A stretch of 64,000 nucleotides of DNA from a virus. Within the stretch, counting starts at the first letter, position 1. Every line of letters begins with the position of its first letter. The stretch covers positions 79,879 through 143,878 of the IMG/VR virus record IMGVR_UViG_3300037042_003932, one strand, 5' to 3'. A program made the position numbers and the translations under genes. The notes beneath the pieces are model-generated. The model was not told where the DNA came from. It was given only the letters and a program-made list of their open reading frames with translations, and searched no databases. This document shows positions 31,284 to 40,673 of the stretch, piece after piece.

Positions 31284-31906
31284 AAATCCTGTGGAGCGCC
31301 CTCGCCGAAGATGGCAATCATCTTCTGGTCAAAGTCAAAACAGAACTGTTGTATCTTCAAAGACACATACAGAGGTAAACGCTTGAGTAAACGAAGGCGT
31401 GGTGCAAACGCAGTCTCCATCTCTTCTTCAGTCGCGGTCAACGGGTCGGGATGCTCAAAGTAATGTTCGCCGTATCGGACCAAAGAGGCTGCGGTGTTGT
31501 ACCTGTTCAAGAGCTCCTGAACTGCCGTGGCATACTCAGGTCTCTCGTTATCCAGCATCCGTTGAGCACGAACCATATCATCGTAGACACGAGTTCTCAG
31601 AGTAAGAGTGGCTGGTCCGATCTTGAAGCTCTCTTCGTAATAGCCTTTGGTGACCATCTGCTCCATTACGTGCCGAGATTCTTTGATATCGATCTTCAGG
31701 TCAGCGAGACTTTTGAGATACCGCTCTTCCGGGGATAACACCTTCTCTTCGCCATCTGGGTCTTCTGGGGGTGCAATCTTGGCAATCTCTTCGAGGGACG
31801 CTTCGATTTTTTTACTCTGTAAAGCACTCGTGCGCGGGGCGTTGTCTTTAGGACCCACAAAGTTAGCACCGATAATAGGCATTCCGTCTTTCGTCGCGCC
31901 TGGCAT
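31280..31906 (-). CDS. Tail assembly chaperone (G-like)
   Basis: 208 aa acidic protein; first gene before the tape measure; ends ..QDF* on a slippery run. Confidence 0.6.
   Translation of the reverse strand: MPGATKDGMPIIGANFVGPKDNAPRTSALQSKKIEASLEEIAKIAPPEDPDGEEKVLSPEERYLKSLADLKIDIKESRHVMEQMVTKGYYEESFKIGPATLTLRTRVYDDMVRAQRMLDNERPEYATAVQELLNRYNTAASLVRYGEHYFEHPDPLTATEEEMETAFAPRLRLLKRLPLYVSLKIQQFCFDFDQKMIAIFGEGAPQDF
31283..31289 (-). other. Putative -1 ribosomal slippery site G-GAT-TTT
   Basis: Minus strand CAG GAT TTT TGA; -1 frame reads GGA TTT TTG AAT TCG into the next ORF. Confidence 0.6.
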
Positions 31907-31991
31907 TCATCACCTCTTTGTAGCTGAATGTTAAAACTGGTAATACCATATCTTTTTTGGTATAAAAAGCAAACACTCCGAGGTCGTTGTA

Positions 31992-32573
31992 GTGGAAATA
32001 AGTCAAATCAAAAAGTGCACACTCTGCCCTGAACTCGTGGCTAATCGAAAGAACGTAGTAGGTCTAGAGGGGCAATGCCCAGCTGAAATTCTTTTTCTTA
32101 CGAATGCCCCGCGATCTAGGGAAGACACGCAGAAACGTCCACTCGCTGGGCTGAGTGGAAAGTTCTTTCGAGAGATTGTCGGATTCCTAAAGATAAACGA
32201 GCATTACCGCATAGCCTACATGCCTGTCGTCATGTGCATCCCACCAGAACGATTACCCACAGACCAAGAGATAACCAACTGCAGCACCAACGTCCAATCC
32301 CTCATACGTGCAGTTAAACCAAAGGTTGTGGTTGCTATGGGAATCCATACGCACAGTTTTGTTCTGGGGGTTCCTCTGCATAACATCCGTCCCACCGAGA
32401 ATTGCGGCGAGACCGTCTATTCGAACTTCAACGGAGCCCTACCCCACTCAGTACCTGTTATCCTGACGTTTGACCCCAATGACGTTCTGAGAAATCGTAT
32501 GAAATTCGAGGGGATGTACGTTCGACACTTGAGGGCTGCGGCTCGGCTCGTGTTCGTTCCTCCTCAAAAATAA
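31992..32573 (+). CDS. Family-4 uracil-DNA glycosylase-like protein with degenerate active site
   Basis: CxxC..L...R..VVG, ED...RPLAG.SG, C.PP.R.PT..EI..C, KPKVVV.MG; motifs A and B altered. Confidence 0.8.
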   Translation: MEISQIKKCTLCPELVANRKNVVGLEGQCPAEILFLTNAPRSREDTQKRPLAGLSGKFFREIVGFLKINEHYRIAYMPVVMCIPPERLPTDQEITNCSTNVQSLIRAVKPKVVVAMGIHTHSFVLGVPLHNIRPTENCGETVYSNFNGALPHSVPVILTFDPNDVLRNRMKFEGMYVRHLRAAARLVFVPPQK

Positions 32574-32596
32574 CCACGGCTAACAAGGAGAATTCA

Positions 32597-34936
32597 ATGA
32601 GATGTCCTAAGTGCGGACTAGAGTTGCCCCATGCTGCTAAGCTCAACACATGCACAATCTGCGGAATACCCCTGGTATATGATGTCCAAGACGTATTCGA
32701 TGACCGCCTCAATGGGATCGTAAGAGAGATTCGCCCAGGCCAGACCCGAATGGCCAAGACCATCGACGCGCATCTGCGAACACCAGAGCAAACGTTCCTA
32801 CTCCTCGAAGGAGGAACAGGTATCGGAAAGAGCTTCGCGTACCTTGTCCCGTCAATCCTTCAACGTAATGAGCAACTACGCGGTACTCTTGCTGCTGACG
32901 TGCTGAAAGACTTTGAAGAAAAGACCATAATCGACGCCAATCTAAAACAGAAGATTGTTATCGCAACGACCAAAAAGGTTCTGCAGAAACAGATATGTTA
33001 CGACGACCTCCGGGATAACCTCATGCCCAAGCTGAACGCGAGCAGCTACGTCTCCGAGGTCATCCTGAAAAGCCAAAGTAACTATGCATGCACCGACCCT
33101 TCAGTGATAAGCACCCTCAAGAATGCTATGGATCGCGAGAACCTCATGGCGTTCATCCGAAGATGCTCAGCCCAAGGACTCTACCCCGAGTCGGATGCTT
33201 GGGACGGCGATAAACCTGTGTGGTGGGATGAGATCAGCGTCGATAACTGCCCCTTTGCTCCTAAGATGGATGCATGCCCTCGGCGTAGTACTTGCTGTCC
33301 TGATATCACCAGGAGCAACTTCCTGGTATCAAACCAAGCTCTGGTATCCACGCTGTTCGCGAACAACCTATTCACATCACGGACCAAATTCGGGGAATGC
33401 AAGATCCTTATCGTAGACGAAGCGCACATGCTCGTGAACAGCTTGTACAACGCGCACACACGGAAGCTCACGTTCAAAGGTCTGAACTCTCTTCTCAAGA
33501 AAGTCCTGTACCATCCGTTCATAGATACAGGTTGGAACCGGGGTATAGTGTCCCCTCACGTGGAAGATGCTGTTACTGGATTCAAGAAACTCCACGACCT
33601 CTGCCACAAGTGGGGTAAGGAGTCCAAGTCTGCCGGTGGCGTCTTGAAGTCAGTAGGATTCCATTGCAGTTTCCTGGAAGCTGACATCCTGGCTGAGCAG
33701 GCACGCATCGTTGAATCTCTGGAAGAGGTGCGTGGTCTCGTCGGTGGGAAAATCGGAACCTCAGGCGACGATGGCGAGTACGATGACCAAGATGAGGTAT
33801 TCAAAGGAGGAGTCCTGGGGTCCAAGGTCAACAAGAACCGAGAACGGAGCGCACATCGCCTAAAGCTCAAGCGCCACTACGACAATATTGGAAACTTTAG
33901 CAATAACCTACAGACAGCGTTCAAGACGTTTGAGACCCGTCTCATTGCTGGGGCTGTACCCGTTGTCACGGAGGACGGTATCGAGATCATCCCAGAGGAC
34001 ATCAGCCAGATTGCCGCCGAGCACTTCAAGGGGGTCAACAAGGTCGTCTTCTTATCTGCTACGATGTGTGTAGGCGGAACCTTCGACTATATACGAAGAC
34101 AGTTCGGTCTGGATCTCGTTCCTGGAGCTAAGATAGTCGAAGAAGTCTTCGAGAGTCCGTTCGACTACAACAAACAAGCAGTCATCTACCTCCCGATCCA
34201 CATGGACACAATCCCTGAGTACGGGTCCAGCCCCGCCTTGAAGAACGTATGGTTCAGACAGATGGCCGAGGAGATCGCTTTCATGGTTGAAGCCTTCCAA
34301 GGTGACGCTCTGATCCTCTTCACCGCTCAGTACGAAATGGACGCCATCTTCGAAATGGTCAAAGAGATAGCTGGTGTATGGAGCAACGTCACGTACATCA
34401 AGATGGAGAAGGGTCGGGGTGAATACTTTCTGGATAAATACATGGCGACAGACAAAGCCGCGTTATTCGGTATGAAGTCATACTGGGAAGGCATCGACAT
34501 CCCTGGAGACAAGCTGCGCCTCGTGGTAATCGCGAAGCTCCCGTTCCCAATGCAAAGCGACCCAACCATCGCCCTCGAGACCCAAAGAGCAAAAGCTGCA
34601 GGCTCAAACGATTTTAATACAGTGCAAATACCCCGGATGCTCTTCGATCTCCGTCAGGGAGCTGGACGTCTTATACGCCGTAAAACAGATGTGGGTATCG
34701 TAGCGGTGCTCGACGCTCGCATGTGGACAGGGGGCGGTAAGGACAGCGTGCAGAAGCTACAAAGGCTTCGAAAGTTAAAAGAAGCAGGCCAACCCATTAG
34801 CCCAATGGGGTATGGTTTAAGGGCTTTTAACGCTATTGGGTTCAAAAACCGCATTGACACTCGAGAGAAATTCCTTAAAGTGTTGGAGAAGATAAACAAT
34901 CGCCCTGGTTTACAGGGTAATGAAAAGGAAGAATAA
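32597..34936 (+). CDS. dinG: DinG/YoaA-family SF2 helicase with N-terminal zinc ribbon
   Basis: RPGQ Q-motif, EGGTGIGKS, DEAH, SAT, SPFDY, YWEGIDIPG, QGAGRLIR; Fe-S-type Cys cluster. Confidence 0.9.
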   Translation: MRCPKCGLELPHAAKLNTCTICGIPLVYDVQDVFDDRLNGIVREIRPGQTRMAKTIDAHLRTPEQTFLLLEGGTGIGKSFAYLVPSILQRNEQLRGTLAADVLKDFEEKTIIDANLKQKIVIATTKKVLQKQICYDDLRDNLMPKLNASSYVSEVILKSQSNYACTDPSVISTLKNAMDRENLMAFIRRCSAQGLYPESDAWDGDKPVWWDEISVDNCPFAPKMDACPRRSTCCPDITRSNFLVSNQALVSTLFANNLFTSRTKFGECKILIVDEAHMLVNSLYNAHTRKLTFKGLNSLLKKVLYHPFIDTGWNRGIVSPHVEDAVTGFKKLHDLCHKWGKESKSAGGVLKSVGFHCSFLEADILAEQARIVESLEEVRGLVGGKIGTSGDDGEYDDQDEVFKGGVLGSKVNKNRERSAHRLKLKRHYDNIGNFSNNLQTAFKTFETRLIAGAVPVVTEDGIEIIPEDISQIAAEHFKGVNKVVFLSATMCVGGTFDYIRRQFGLDLVPGAKIVEEVFESPFDYNKQAVIYLPIHMDTIPEYGSSPALKNVWFRQMAEEIAFMVEAFQGDALILFTAQYEMDAIFEMVKEIAGVWSNVTYIKMEKGRGEYFLDKYMATDKAALFGMKSYWEGIDIPGDKLRLVVIAKLPFPMQSDPTIALETQRAKAAGSNDFNTVQIPRMLFDLRQGAGRLIRRKTDVGIVAVLDARMWTGGGKDSVQKLQRLRKLKEAGQPISPMGYGLRAFNAIGFKNRIDTREKFLKVLEKINNRPGLQGNEKEE

Positions 34937-34937
34937 G

Positions 34938-35225
34938 ATGGCAAGAGCAGCGGGGAGCAAAATCGTGACGTGTCCCAACGTCAAGTGTGGGTCGAGAATC
35001 TGCGGTATTCCCGGGGAGTCGATCCTCTGCAAGAAGTGCGGTACGAAGGTGCGCCTGACCAAGGCCGTCCTCGCTGCGGAGTCCGAGAAGAAGGGTGGCG
35101 CAACCGTAGCCCCCAAAGCAGTGAAGAAGATCGAAAAGAAGATCGAAAAGAAGGTCGAGAAGAAGAGCAAGAAGATGCCTGTGGCCGAGCCCGTTAAGCG
35201 CGGTCGCAGGGCGAAGGCAGCATAG
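34938..35225 (+). CDS. Zinc-ribbon protein with Lys-rich histone-like tail
   Basis: CPNVKCG..CKKCG; KAVKKIEKKIEKKVEKKSKK. Confidence 0.7.
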   Translation: MARAAGSKIVTCPNVKCGSRICGIPGESILCKKCGTKVRLTKAVLAAESEKKGGATVAPKAVKKIEKKIEKKVEKKSKKMPVAEPVKRGRRAKAA

Positions 35226-35247
35226 TTAACAACAAGTCGTCTCTCGG

Positions 35248-35283
35248 AAAAACGCCGTAGCTAATCCCTACGGCGTTTTTTTT
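35248..35283 (+). terminator. Rho-independent terminator (possibly bidirectional)
   Basis: AAAAACGCCGTAG-CTAATCC-CTACGGCGTTTTTTTT. Confidence 0.85.
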
Positions 35284-35288
35284 GGTTC

Positions 35289-35317
35289 TTGACAACAAGC
35301 TGTTAATTACACATAAG
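35289..35317 (+). promoter_or_regulatory. Possible sigma70-type promoter
   Basis: TTGACA-N17-CATAAG directly after the terminator; AAGCTGTTA occurs twice in this stretch. Confidence 0.35.
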
Positions 35318-35324
35318 CTGTTAT

Positions 35325-35789
35325 ATGCGATTCACTATTGGAATTTCTACAAAACAAAAGTTGGACGGGTCCTTCATTATCTGCGCGGCTACGTGGTTTG
35401 CTCAAAAGCCATCGTTTAAACTGGCCGATGCTGATATCGAAAAAATGAAGAAGTCTCTGCTGTCCCTGGTGTTCACTGAAAGTAGAAAAGAATCCGTAGC
35501 CATAAACGCAGCAATAACCCGAAGTGTCGAACAGCTGTTCCTACAGGAGTTAATCGCAAACCCTGAGAATGGATATCCCCCCATAATCATCCATGCCCCT
35601 GCTCAATCCCGAGTAGTATCCACGAAGTACAAGTTCACACCCGCAAGGGGGTGTTGGCTTATGAATTGTGCCAAAAACGCCATAGAGGAGTACTATGTCA
35701 CTCAACTTTCCAAAGCCGGAGGATATGCATCCACACGTAACGTCAAGGCAGTGCGGACGCTGTCGAAAACCTTTGCAGCCAGGGGATAG
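35325..35789 (+). CDS. Hypothetical protein
   Basis: 154 aa; overlaps the next ORF by 95 bp. Confidence 0.45.
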   Translation: MRFTIGISTKQKLDGSFIICAATWFAQKPSFKLADADIEKMKKSLLSLVFTESRKESVAINAAITRSVEQLFLQELIANPENGYPPIIIHAPAQSRVVSTKYKFTPARGCWLMNCAKNAIEEYYVTQLSKAGGYASTRNVKAVRTLSKTFAARG

Positions 35790-35934
35790 AGTAACGATGG
35801 CATTCATCTTTACAAACATCGCCCTAGACCCGGTTCATCAAATTGTCCCCGGAGCTGAATTGAGTGAAGAATTCGAGCTAGTGCATATCCACTGTGGTGA
35901 CACACGACTGAACATCGTAGGGACAAGCTCATGA
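35695..35934 (+). CDS. Small zinc-finger protein
   Basis: CGRC...HIHC; RBS GAGGAG. Confidence 0.6.
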   Translation: MSLNFPKPEDMHPHVTSRQCGRCRKPLQPGDRVTMAFIFTNIALDPVHQIVPGAELSEEFELVHIHCGDTRLNIVGTSS

Positions 35935-36377
35935 AAATAGGAATACACAACCCCTTCGCTAAGCGTGTAGTGAAAGAGGAGAAGATATCCAAATACGCGA
36001 TTGGTGAAGTCGATACGGATGCTCCTACCCGTGTCGGCCCTAAGATACATCTCGACGGAGGACGGTACGTCATCATCATCAAGGATACTGACTCCGCACA
36101 AATTGCAGTCGAGAGACTCCTCTCGCTCATGTACACCGTCGCAAAGACTCACGAGCGCTCTCTGAACATGAACGGCGTCTACGTTGGGCCTAGGCTCGTG
36201 AACACCGACGAGAGGGCTCTAACAAACAAAGGTCGTCAACTGACTGTGTACGCCCCCGAAGACGCCATCAGCGAAGAAGCGATATACCGAAGGATTGCTT
36301 ACACACTCCTAGGTCTACCTCTGAGGACCACCTACGCCAAGATGGGCGTAGAAATCTACGAAAGGAATATCGGATGA
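35931..36377 (+). CDS. Hypothetical protein
   Basis: ATGA-coupled at both ends. Confidence 0.6.
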   Translation: MKIGIHNPFAKRVVKEEKISKYAIGEVDTDAPTRVGPKIHLDGGRYVIIIKDTDSAQIAVERLLSLMYTVAKTHERSLNMNGVYVGPRLVNTDERALTNKGRQLTVYAPEDAISEEAIYRRIAYTLLGLPLRTTYAKMGVEIYERNIG

Positions 36378-36625
36378 ACACCCAACCTTGTGGACAGTGC
36401 AACGGTTACCACCCCATCGAGAAGGGTAGCAAAGGCGGGGAACGCCGACCTCTCGCGTACGGGTATTGTTTGAAGAAGAGCATCTTCGCGTCAAACAAAC
36501 CAGGGAATCCTGTCTACCCGCCGAAAGCAACTGTCGCTGAGCTCCCAAACGCTGTCCATGATTTGAAGGTCGTTAAGGTCAACCAAGTGGAAAAGCACTG
36601 CAGCGACTATCTCGCAAGGAGCTAA
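36374..36625 (+). CDS. Small Cys-containing protein
   Basis: CGQC..GYC..C; coupled to the upstream gene. Confidence 0.6.
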   Translation: MNTQPCGQCNGYHPIEKGSKGGERRPLAYGYCLKKSIFASNKPGNPVYPPKATVAELPNAVHDLKVVKVNQVEKHCSDYLARS

Positions 36626-36628
36626 CCA

Positions 36629-36967
36629 ATGCCAGACGTCAAAGTGCCCGATGGAAAAGGTGGATGGGTCAAAGTGGAACCCGGCACCAAAGCAAACCTC
36701 GTCCCCGAGAAGACCAACACCGCGATTGAGAAAGCCGCGAGAGAAGACTTCCTTAAGCGCATAGGGGCCTGCGCTGAAGCTCTTAACCAGTATCTAAAAG
36801 TTTATGCCGCAGATTATGGGCTTAAGCCCATCGAGGTCGCAGCGGCTGTTTATCTCGAAAACTGTAATAACCGTCATTTCTTTCCAAAAGATGCCGGTGG
36901 CTCCGACGCATTCGATGTTATGACTGGCGAAATATGGGATTGGTTCATCAAACAAGCCAAGTCATAA
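36629..36967 (+). CDS. Hypothetical protein
   Basis: RBS AAGGAG; 112 aa. Confidence 0.6.
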   Translation: MPDVKVPDGKGGWVKVEPGTKANLVPEKTNTAIEKAAREDFLKRIGACAEALNQYLKVYAADYGLKPIEVAAAVYLENCNNRHFFPKDAGGSDAFDVMTGEIWDWFIKQAKS

Positions 36968-37096
36968 AGTAGCTTCCAAAAATCTCCGTTATGTTGGTAT
37001 AATAAGTTACACAACGTCCTTACGGCCCTCTGTGTATCCGCTTTCCGGGTACTGGAAAGTCGTGAGGAAAAGTCTCTAACCCCAAAGGAGGAAGAG

Positions 37097-37693
37097 ATGA
37101 GACTAACGCTATGCTCGTTCTTGTTCACACTATCGGTAATGGTATCGCTAGATGTGAACGCAGTTGAAAGGCCCACTTCGGACGAAGCCAAGGGTGCCTG
37201 GATGACTGCGACACCAGAGGAGATCGACACTGCCATCCAACATATTTTGGAAAAAGAGCCGGGTCATCACATGCGCCGTGATGTACCTGCTCGCCAAGAA
37301 TTGGCAGCAAAGATCGTAGAAGTTGGAGAGGAACTAGGAATACCTCCAATGCTGGTTCTGACAATTGTTTTCCGTGAGTCTGACTTCGATGAGAAGGCTG
37401 TAGGGAAGTTAGGGGAGCTGGGGTTGATGCAAGTCGCAAAAATGCACGTTAGGAACCGTGAATGCGACATGACCAACGCAATCGGGCAGATGACCTGTGG
37501 CTCAGGGCTGTTAAAGGAAGCGTTCGACCTGTGCCACACGTGGAAGGGAGCGCTCACGCGCTACGCTACAAAAGCAGGACAATGCACGAGTAAGGACCCC
37601 TGGGTCCAGAGCAAGATAAAGCTCAGGCTCAAAGATTGGCAAAAGCTCTCGATGTTCGTACAATCAGTCTACGAACATGGAGACGAAGAGTAA
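37097..37693 (+). CDS. Lytic transglycosylase (SLT domain) with N-terminal signal peptide
   Basis: IVFRESDF..AVG..GE.GLMQV..ALTRY; hydrophobic N-terminus ending VNA; RBS AAGGAGG. Confidence 0.85.
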   Translation: MRLTLCSFLFTLSVMVSLDVNAVERPTSDEAKGAWMTATPEEIDTAIQHILEKEPGHHMRRDVPARQELAAKIVEVGEELGIPPMLVLTIVFRESDFDEKAVGKLGELGLMQVAKMHVRNRECDMTNAIGQMTCGSGLLKEAFDLCHTWKGALTRYATKAGQCTSKDPWVQSKIKLRLKDWQKLSMFVQSVYEHGDEE

Positions 37694-37976
37694 CCTAAAT
37701 CGCCATGGCAAGGATCAGATGATTGCTAGGTATACGAACGAAGTTACTTCGTTCATTTTTACGAGTGGGGTGCCCACTCTGGAGCTCGAGACGATCACGT
37801 GCCCCTCAGTGATACTTGACCATGGCGTACCTTTTGGAACAGAGCTGCTACTTGTTTTGGGACGATCTCAATCTTGGCTGAGTAACTCAGCTCTTTATTC
37901 GCTGCGCGTGGGTCCCGGGATGCTCTGTTCTGGAGACAGAGCCCTCAAAAGCAAAACAGTAGCAGCTCTGTTCTGA
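37677..37976 (+). CDS. Hypothetical protein
   Basis: 99 aa overlapping the SLT stop; start uncertain. Confidence 0.35.
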   Translation: METKSNLNRHGKDQMIARYTNEVTSFIFTSGVPTLELETITCPSVILDHGVPFGTELLLVLGRSQSWLSNSALYSLRVGPGMLCSGDRALKSKTVAALF

Positions 37977-38159
37977 TTCTTTCCTAGCCTGTGTGTTTTG
38001 GGAACGTTCCTTGGAGACGCAGTAACTGCGTTCTTCTCTAGTTCCTATAAGGAAAAAGAGATTTTCTCCGGCGAGCTCCACATTTCCCTCCAAAGCAAAA
38101 CACACAGGCTCCTTTTCTTTTGCCTTTGCCTTTACGACGTAATCATATAAACTCCTCAC

Positions 38160-38441
38160 ATGTTTACAGACAATGAGAAAGTGATCGGGGTAATCGACGT
38201 CAACTCTGGTGGTATCATGATCACTGACGTCGTCTGGAAGAGCGCACTTCCGTTAACCTCCGATCAGAGTGTTGCGCTAGACCTCGACCTGCCACAAGGG
38301 AAGATCCCAGTTATCGCTGTGATGCGCGGAGGTAAACGCCTGCTGATTCTAGACCTCGATGGAATGTGGAAAAACACGGCCCTCGAAGAGAACGTCATTG
38401 TCGAAAACCCAGTAACGCAAGAAGAGGAGATGCCTGGATGA
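38160..38441 (+). CDS. Hypothetical protein
   Basis: 93 aa, ATGA-coupled to the kinase gene. Confidence 0.6.
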   Translation: MFTDNEKVIGVIDVNSGGIMITDVVWKSALPLTSDQSVALDLDLPQGKIPVIAVMRGGKRLLILDLDGMWKNTALEENVIVENPVTQEEEMPG

Positions 38442-38986
38442 TTAAGGTCATTGGGATCTATGGGAAGGCTCGGTCAGGGAAAACAACGGCACGCAAGTAC
38501 CTGGAGAATAAGTACCACGTCACGCCTATGTCTTTCGCTACAGATCTCAAAGAGGCTGTGCACAACCTATTCGGTGTCCCCATACAGGAGCTCTACTCCG
38601 ATAGTAAGAGTGACCGCACTCGCTGGATTCTTCAGTTCTTTGGTACCGAATGCTGTAGGACGATTGACCCCGATATCTGGGTCAATAAGCTGAACGAACA
38701 GATCCTAATGCTGAATAACGATGTCGATAACATAATTGTGATCGATGACGTCCGCTTCATAAACGAAGCAGGCATTCTCAAAAATAAATGGGACGCAACT
38801 CTTGTGAAGCTAGTGGGACCCGAAGACCTCGTCACCAACGACGAGCACAAAAGCCACATCAGTGAGACGCAGATGGACAGCGTTATGGATAGTGAGTACG
38901 ACGCGGTGTACCTCAACACAGGTACTCTCGAGGATCTTTACGCGTTCATGGACGGCGTTTACACCATGGCTAAGAACACACCATGA
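38438..38986 (+). CDS. Deoxynucleoside monophosphate kinase (T4 gp1-like)
   Basis: IGIYGKARSGKTT, SFA..LK, R.ILQ..GTE..R..DPDIWV, IDDVRF.NE, H.SE. Confidence 0.9.
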   Translation: MIKVIGIYGKARSGKTTARKYLENKYHVTPMSFATDLKEAVHNLFGVPIQELYSDSKSDRTRWILQFFGTECCRTIDPDIWVNKLNEQILMLNNDVDNIIVIDDVRFINEAGILKNKWDATLVKLVGPEDLVTNDEHKSHISETQMDSVMDSEYDAVYLNTGTLEDLYAFMDGVYTMAKNTP

Positions 38987-39417
38987 TCACACACGAATGC
39001 CTACCGCTCAATCCGCAGCACAAAGACAGCTTCGAGATCCCTGGGGATGTCCAAGTACATGCTGGCGCTTTCGTGAGCCTGTACATTGACTCAGAACCAA
39101 TCGGGGAAGCTTCCGCGTTTAACAAAGTTCCTGTGATGTCAAATCTGTGGACACTACATAGGGTCATCACACCCAGTAGTGTGACCCTCACGATTGATAC
39201 AGAAATCAACGTGCACACCGCAATCAGGAATGCCCGGTGGGTAACGTTTGAAGATGGGTTTGGTTGGTATGTGTCCGCGTATGACCCAAATCCAATAGCG
39301 GAAACAGTGTATATAGGAAAAGTAGCTTCGGTAACAGGACCCGTATTCGCTGCTGGAAAATACAGCGTGTATGAGTTATTAGGTTTTAGAGTTACCACAA
39401 AAGGAGAACCAAAATGA
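38983..39417 (+). CDS. Hypothetical protein
   Basis: Coupled, 144 aa beta-rich. Confidence 0.6.
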   Translation: MITHECLPLNPQHKDSFEIPGDVQVHAGAFVSLYIDSEPIGEASAFNKVPVMSNLWTLHRVITPSSVTLTIDTEINVHTAIRNARWVTFEDGFGWYVSAYDPNPIAETVYIGKVASVTGPVFAAGKYSVYELLGFRVTTKGEPK

Positions 39418-40046
39418 TGCCACGTATGCCCCAGCAAAATCAACCCCGAGTAGAAATGACACCTGAGCAGCGCGAGATGATGAAAGCACAGCGGCTTCAG
39501 TCGCTCAACCCTCTTCCGTCCGATAAGACGCTCATCGGTACTCTGCGAGAAATCCATCAGTGCCCCGTGGCCATGGAACAGAAGCAGATGACCATGTTCA
39601 TCGGCAAGCTCGTAGAGTTCGGCGACGAGACCACGGTTCCTCTCATCGCAGAGGGCGTCACCGCAGGATTGAATGCAGAGTTCGTCTGCCGTAAATCCCT
39701 CGAGGAGCGCACGGTCGTACGGATGGAAGAAGACCCCAACCTCCAAGAGAAGCTCAAACTCCTCAAGGAAACCGAGGAGACCGTTCTCAGACTTCAAGCT
39801 GAGCTCGACGTAGCCGCCAAGAACATGGAAGAGCTGTCCAAAGGAATGTGGGCAGACATCGTAAAGAACTACGGGCTGTCTGTGACCCAACGCTGCTACA
39901 CCGTGGACGAAGAAAGCGGAGTAGTGAAGCAAGTGTCCCTGGACTGCGACAAGTGCTCGGCGAAGACCGCCATGCAAGAAACCAGGAAGAAGATGACTGA
40001 AGCCATCTTCAAAGCACAAAAAGGTGTGAAGGGTGCCAATGACTGA
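39414..40046 (+). CDS. Coiled-coil protein with Cys motifs
   Basis: Heptad region LQEKLKLLKETEETVLRLQAEL; CDKC; RBS AAGGAG. Confidence 0.65.
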   Translation: MMPRMPQQNQPRVEMTPEQREMMKAQRLQSLNPLPSDKTLIGTLREIHQCPVAMEQKQMTMFIGKLVEFGDETTVPLIAEGVTAGLNAEFVCRKSLEERTVVRMEEDPNLQEKLKLLKETEETVLRLQAELDVAAKNMEELSKGMWADIVKNYGLSVTQRCYTVDEESGVVKQVSLDCDKCSAKTAMQETRKKMTEAIFKAQKGVKGAND

Positions 40047-40296
40047 CCAAACACCCCGGGTCATGAAGTGCGCCATCGAATACGACATCGTCGAGGGTGT
40101 CGGCATCGACCCTAGCTCGTTTATTATGACCGTAGATGGAAGGGTCATAGGAAAAGTGGATAACTTCGAGTTGAGCGTGTCTTCTGACCAAAACAAATGC
40201 ATGATGTTCATTCGTGGCCCTGAAGAACCCGCAGAGATTCTGTTTAATCATGAGCGGGTAAAACAGCTCACAAGAAAAACAGGAGAACTCAATTGA
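40039..40296 (+). CDS. Hypothetical protein
   Basis: Overlapping start (MTDQTP). Confidence 0.55.
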   Translation: MTDQTPRVMKCAIEYDIVEGVGIDPSSFIMTVDGRVIGKVDNFELSVSSDQNKCMMFIRGPEEPAEILFNHERVKQLTRKTGELN

Positions 40297-40673
40297 CCGA
40301 CAACGAAGTACGCCTCGAGCATATCCGGCTAAACCACAGTCTCTATCGCGAGATGCAGCACTCGGCGTTCAAGAGCAAGAAGTTCTTGGCGTTCTTCATC
40401 TACGAAATTCTGTCAGCGGGTATGGCCATCTTCACAGCGTGGAAGCAGCCCGACCTGAACTGGCCCTTGGCTGGATACATGACAGGTATCGCTTTCTCCA
40501 TGGGCGCTGCGGCCATGTGGTATCTCGGCAAACAAGCAGCGACGGATATGTACATCCGAGGGTTCGCTATGGTTGCTGGGAAGCCTGGGGTGACACGTGA
40601 AGAAGTAGAAGAGCAGATCAAGAGCTCTATCCCGCCACCTTTTGTTACGACGTATACCTCACCGAAGCTCTGA
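40293..40673 (+). CDS. Holin-like two-TM membrane protein
   Basis: FKSKKF followed by two hydrophobic helices and Y.GKQA..D; TTG start after AGGAG. Confidence 0.5.
   Translation: MTDNEVRLEHIRLNHSLYREMQHSAFKSKKFLAFFIYEILSAGMAIFTAWKQPDLNWPLAGYMTGIAFSMGAAAMWYLGKQAATDMYIRGFAMVAGKPGVTREEVEEQIKSSIPPPFVTTYTSPKL

Noticed and set aside
1-31906. Bacterial eCIS/T6SS or tailocin locus
   Set aside because: A long tape measure, chaperone frameshift, phage-type dNMP kinase/ThyX and absence of host genes favour a genuine phage genome
38970-40211. 413-aa minus-strand ORF
   Set aside because: Antisense to coupled plus-strand genes with good RBSs; no recognisable motifs
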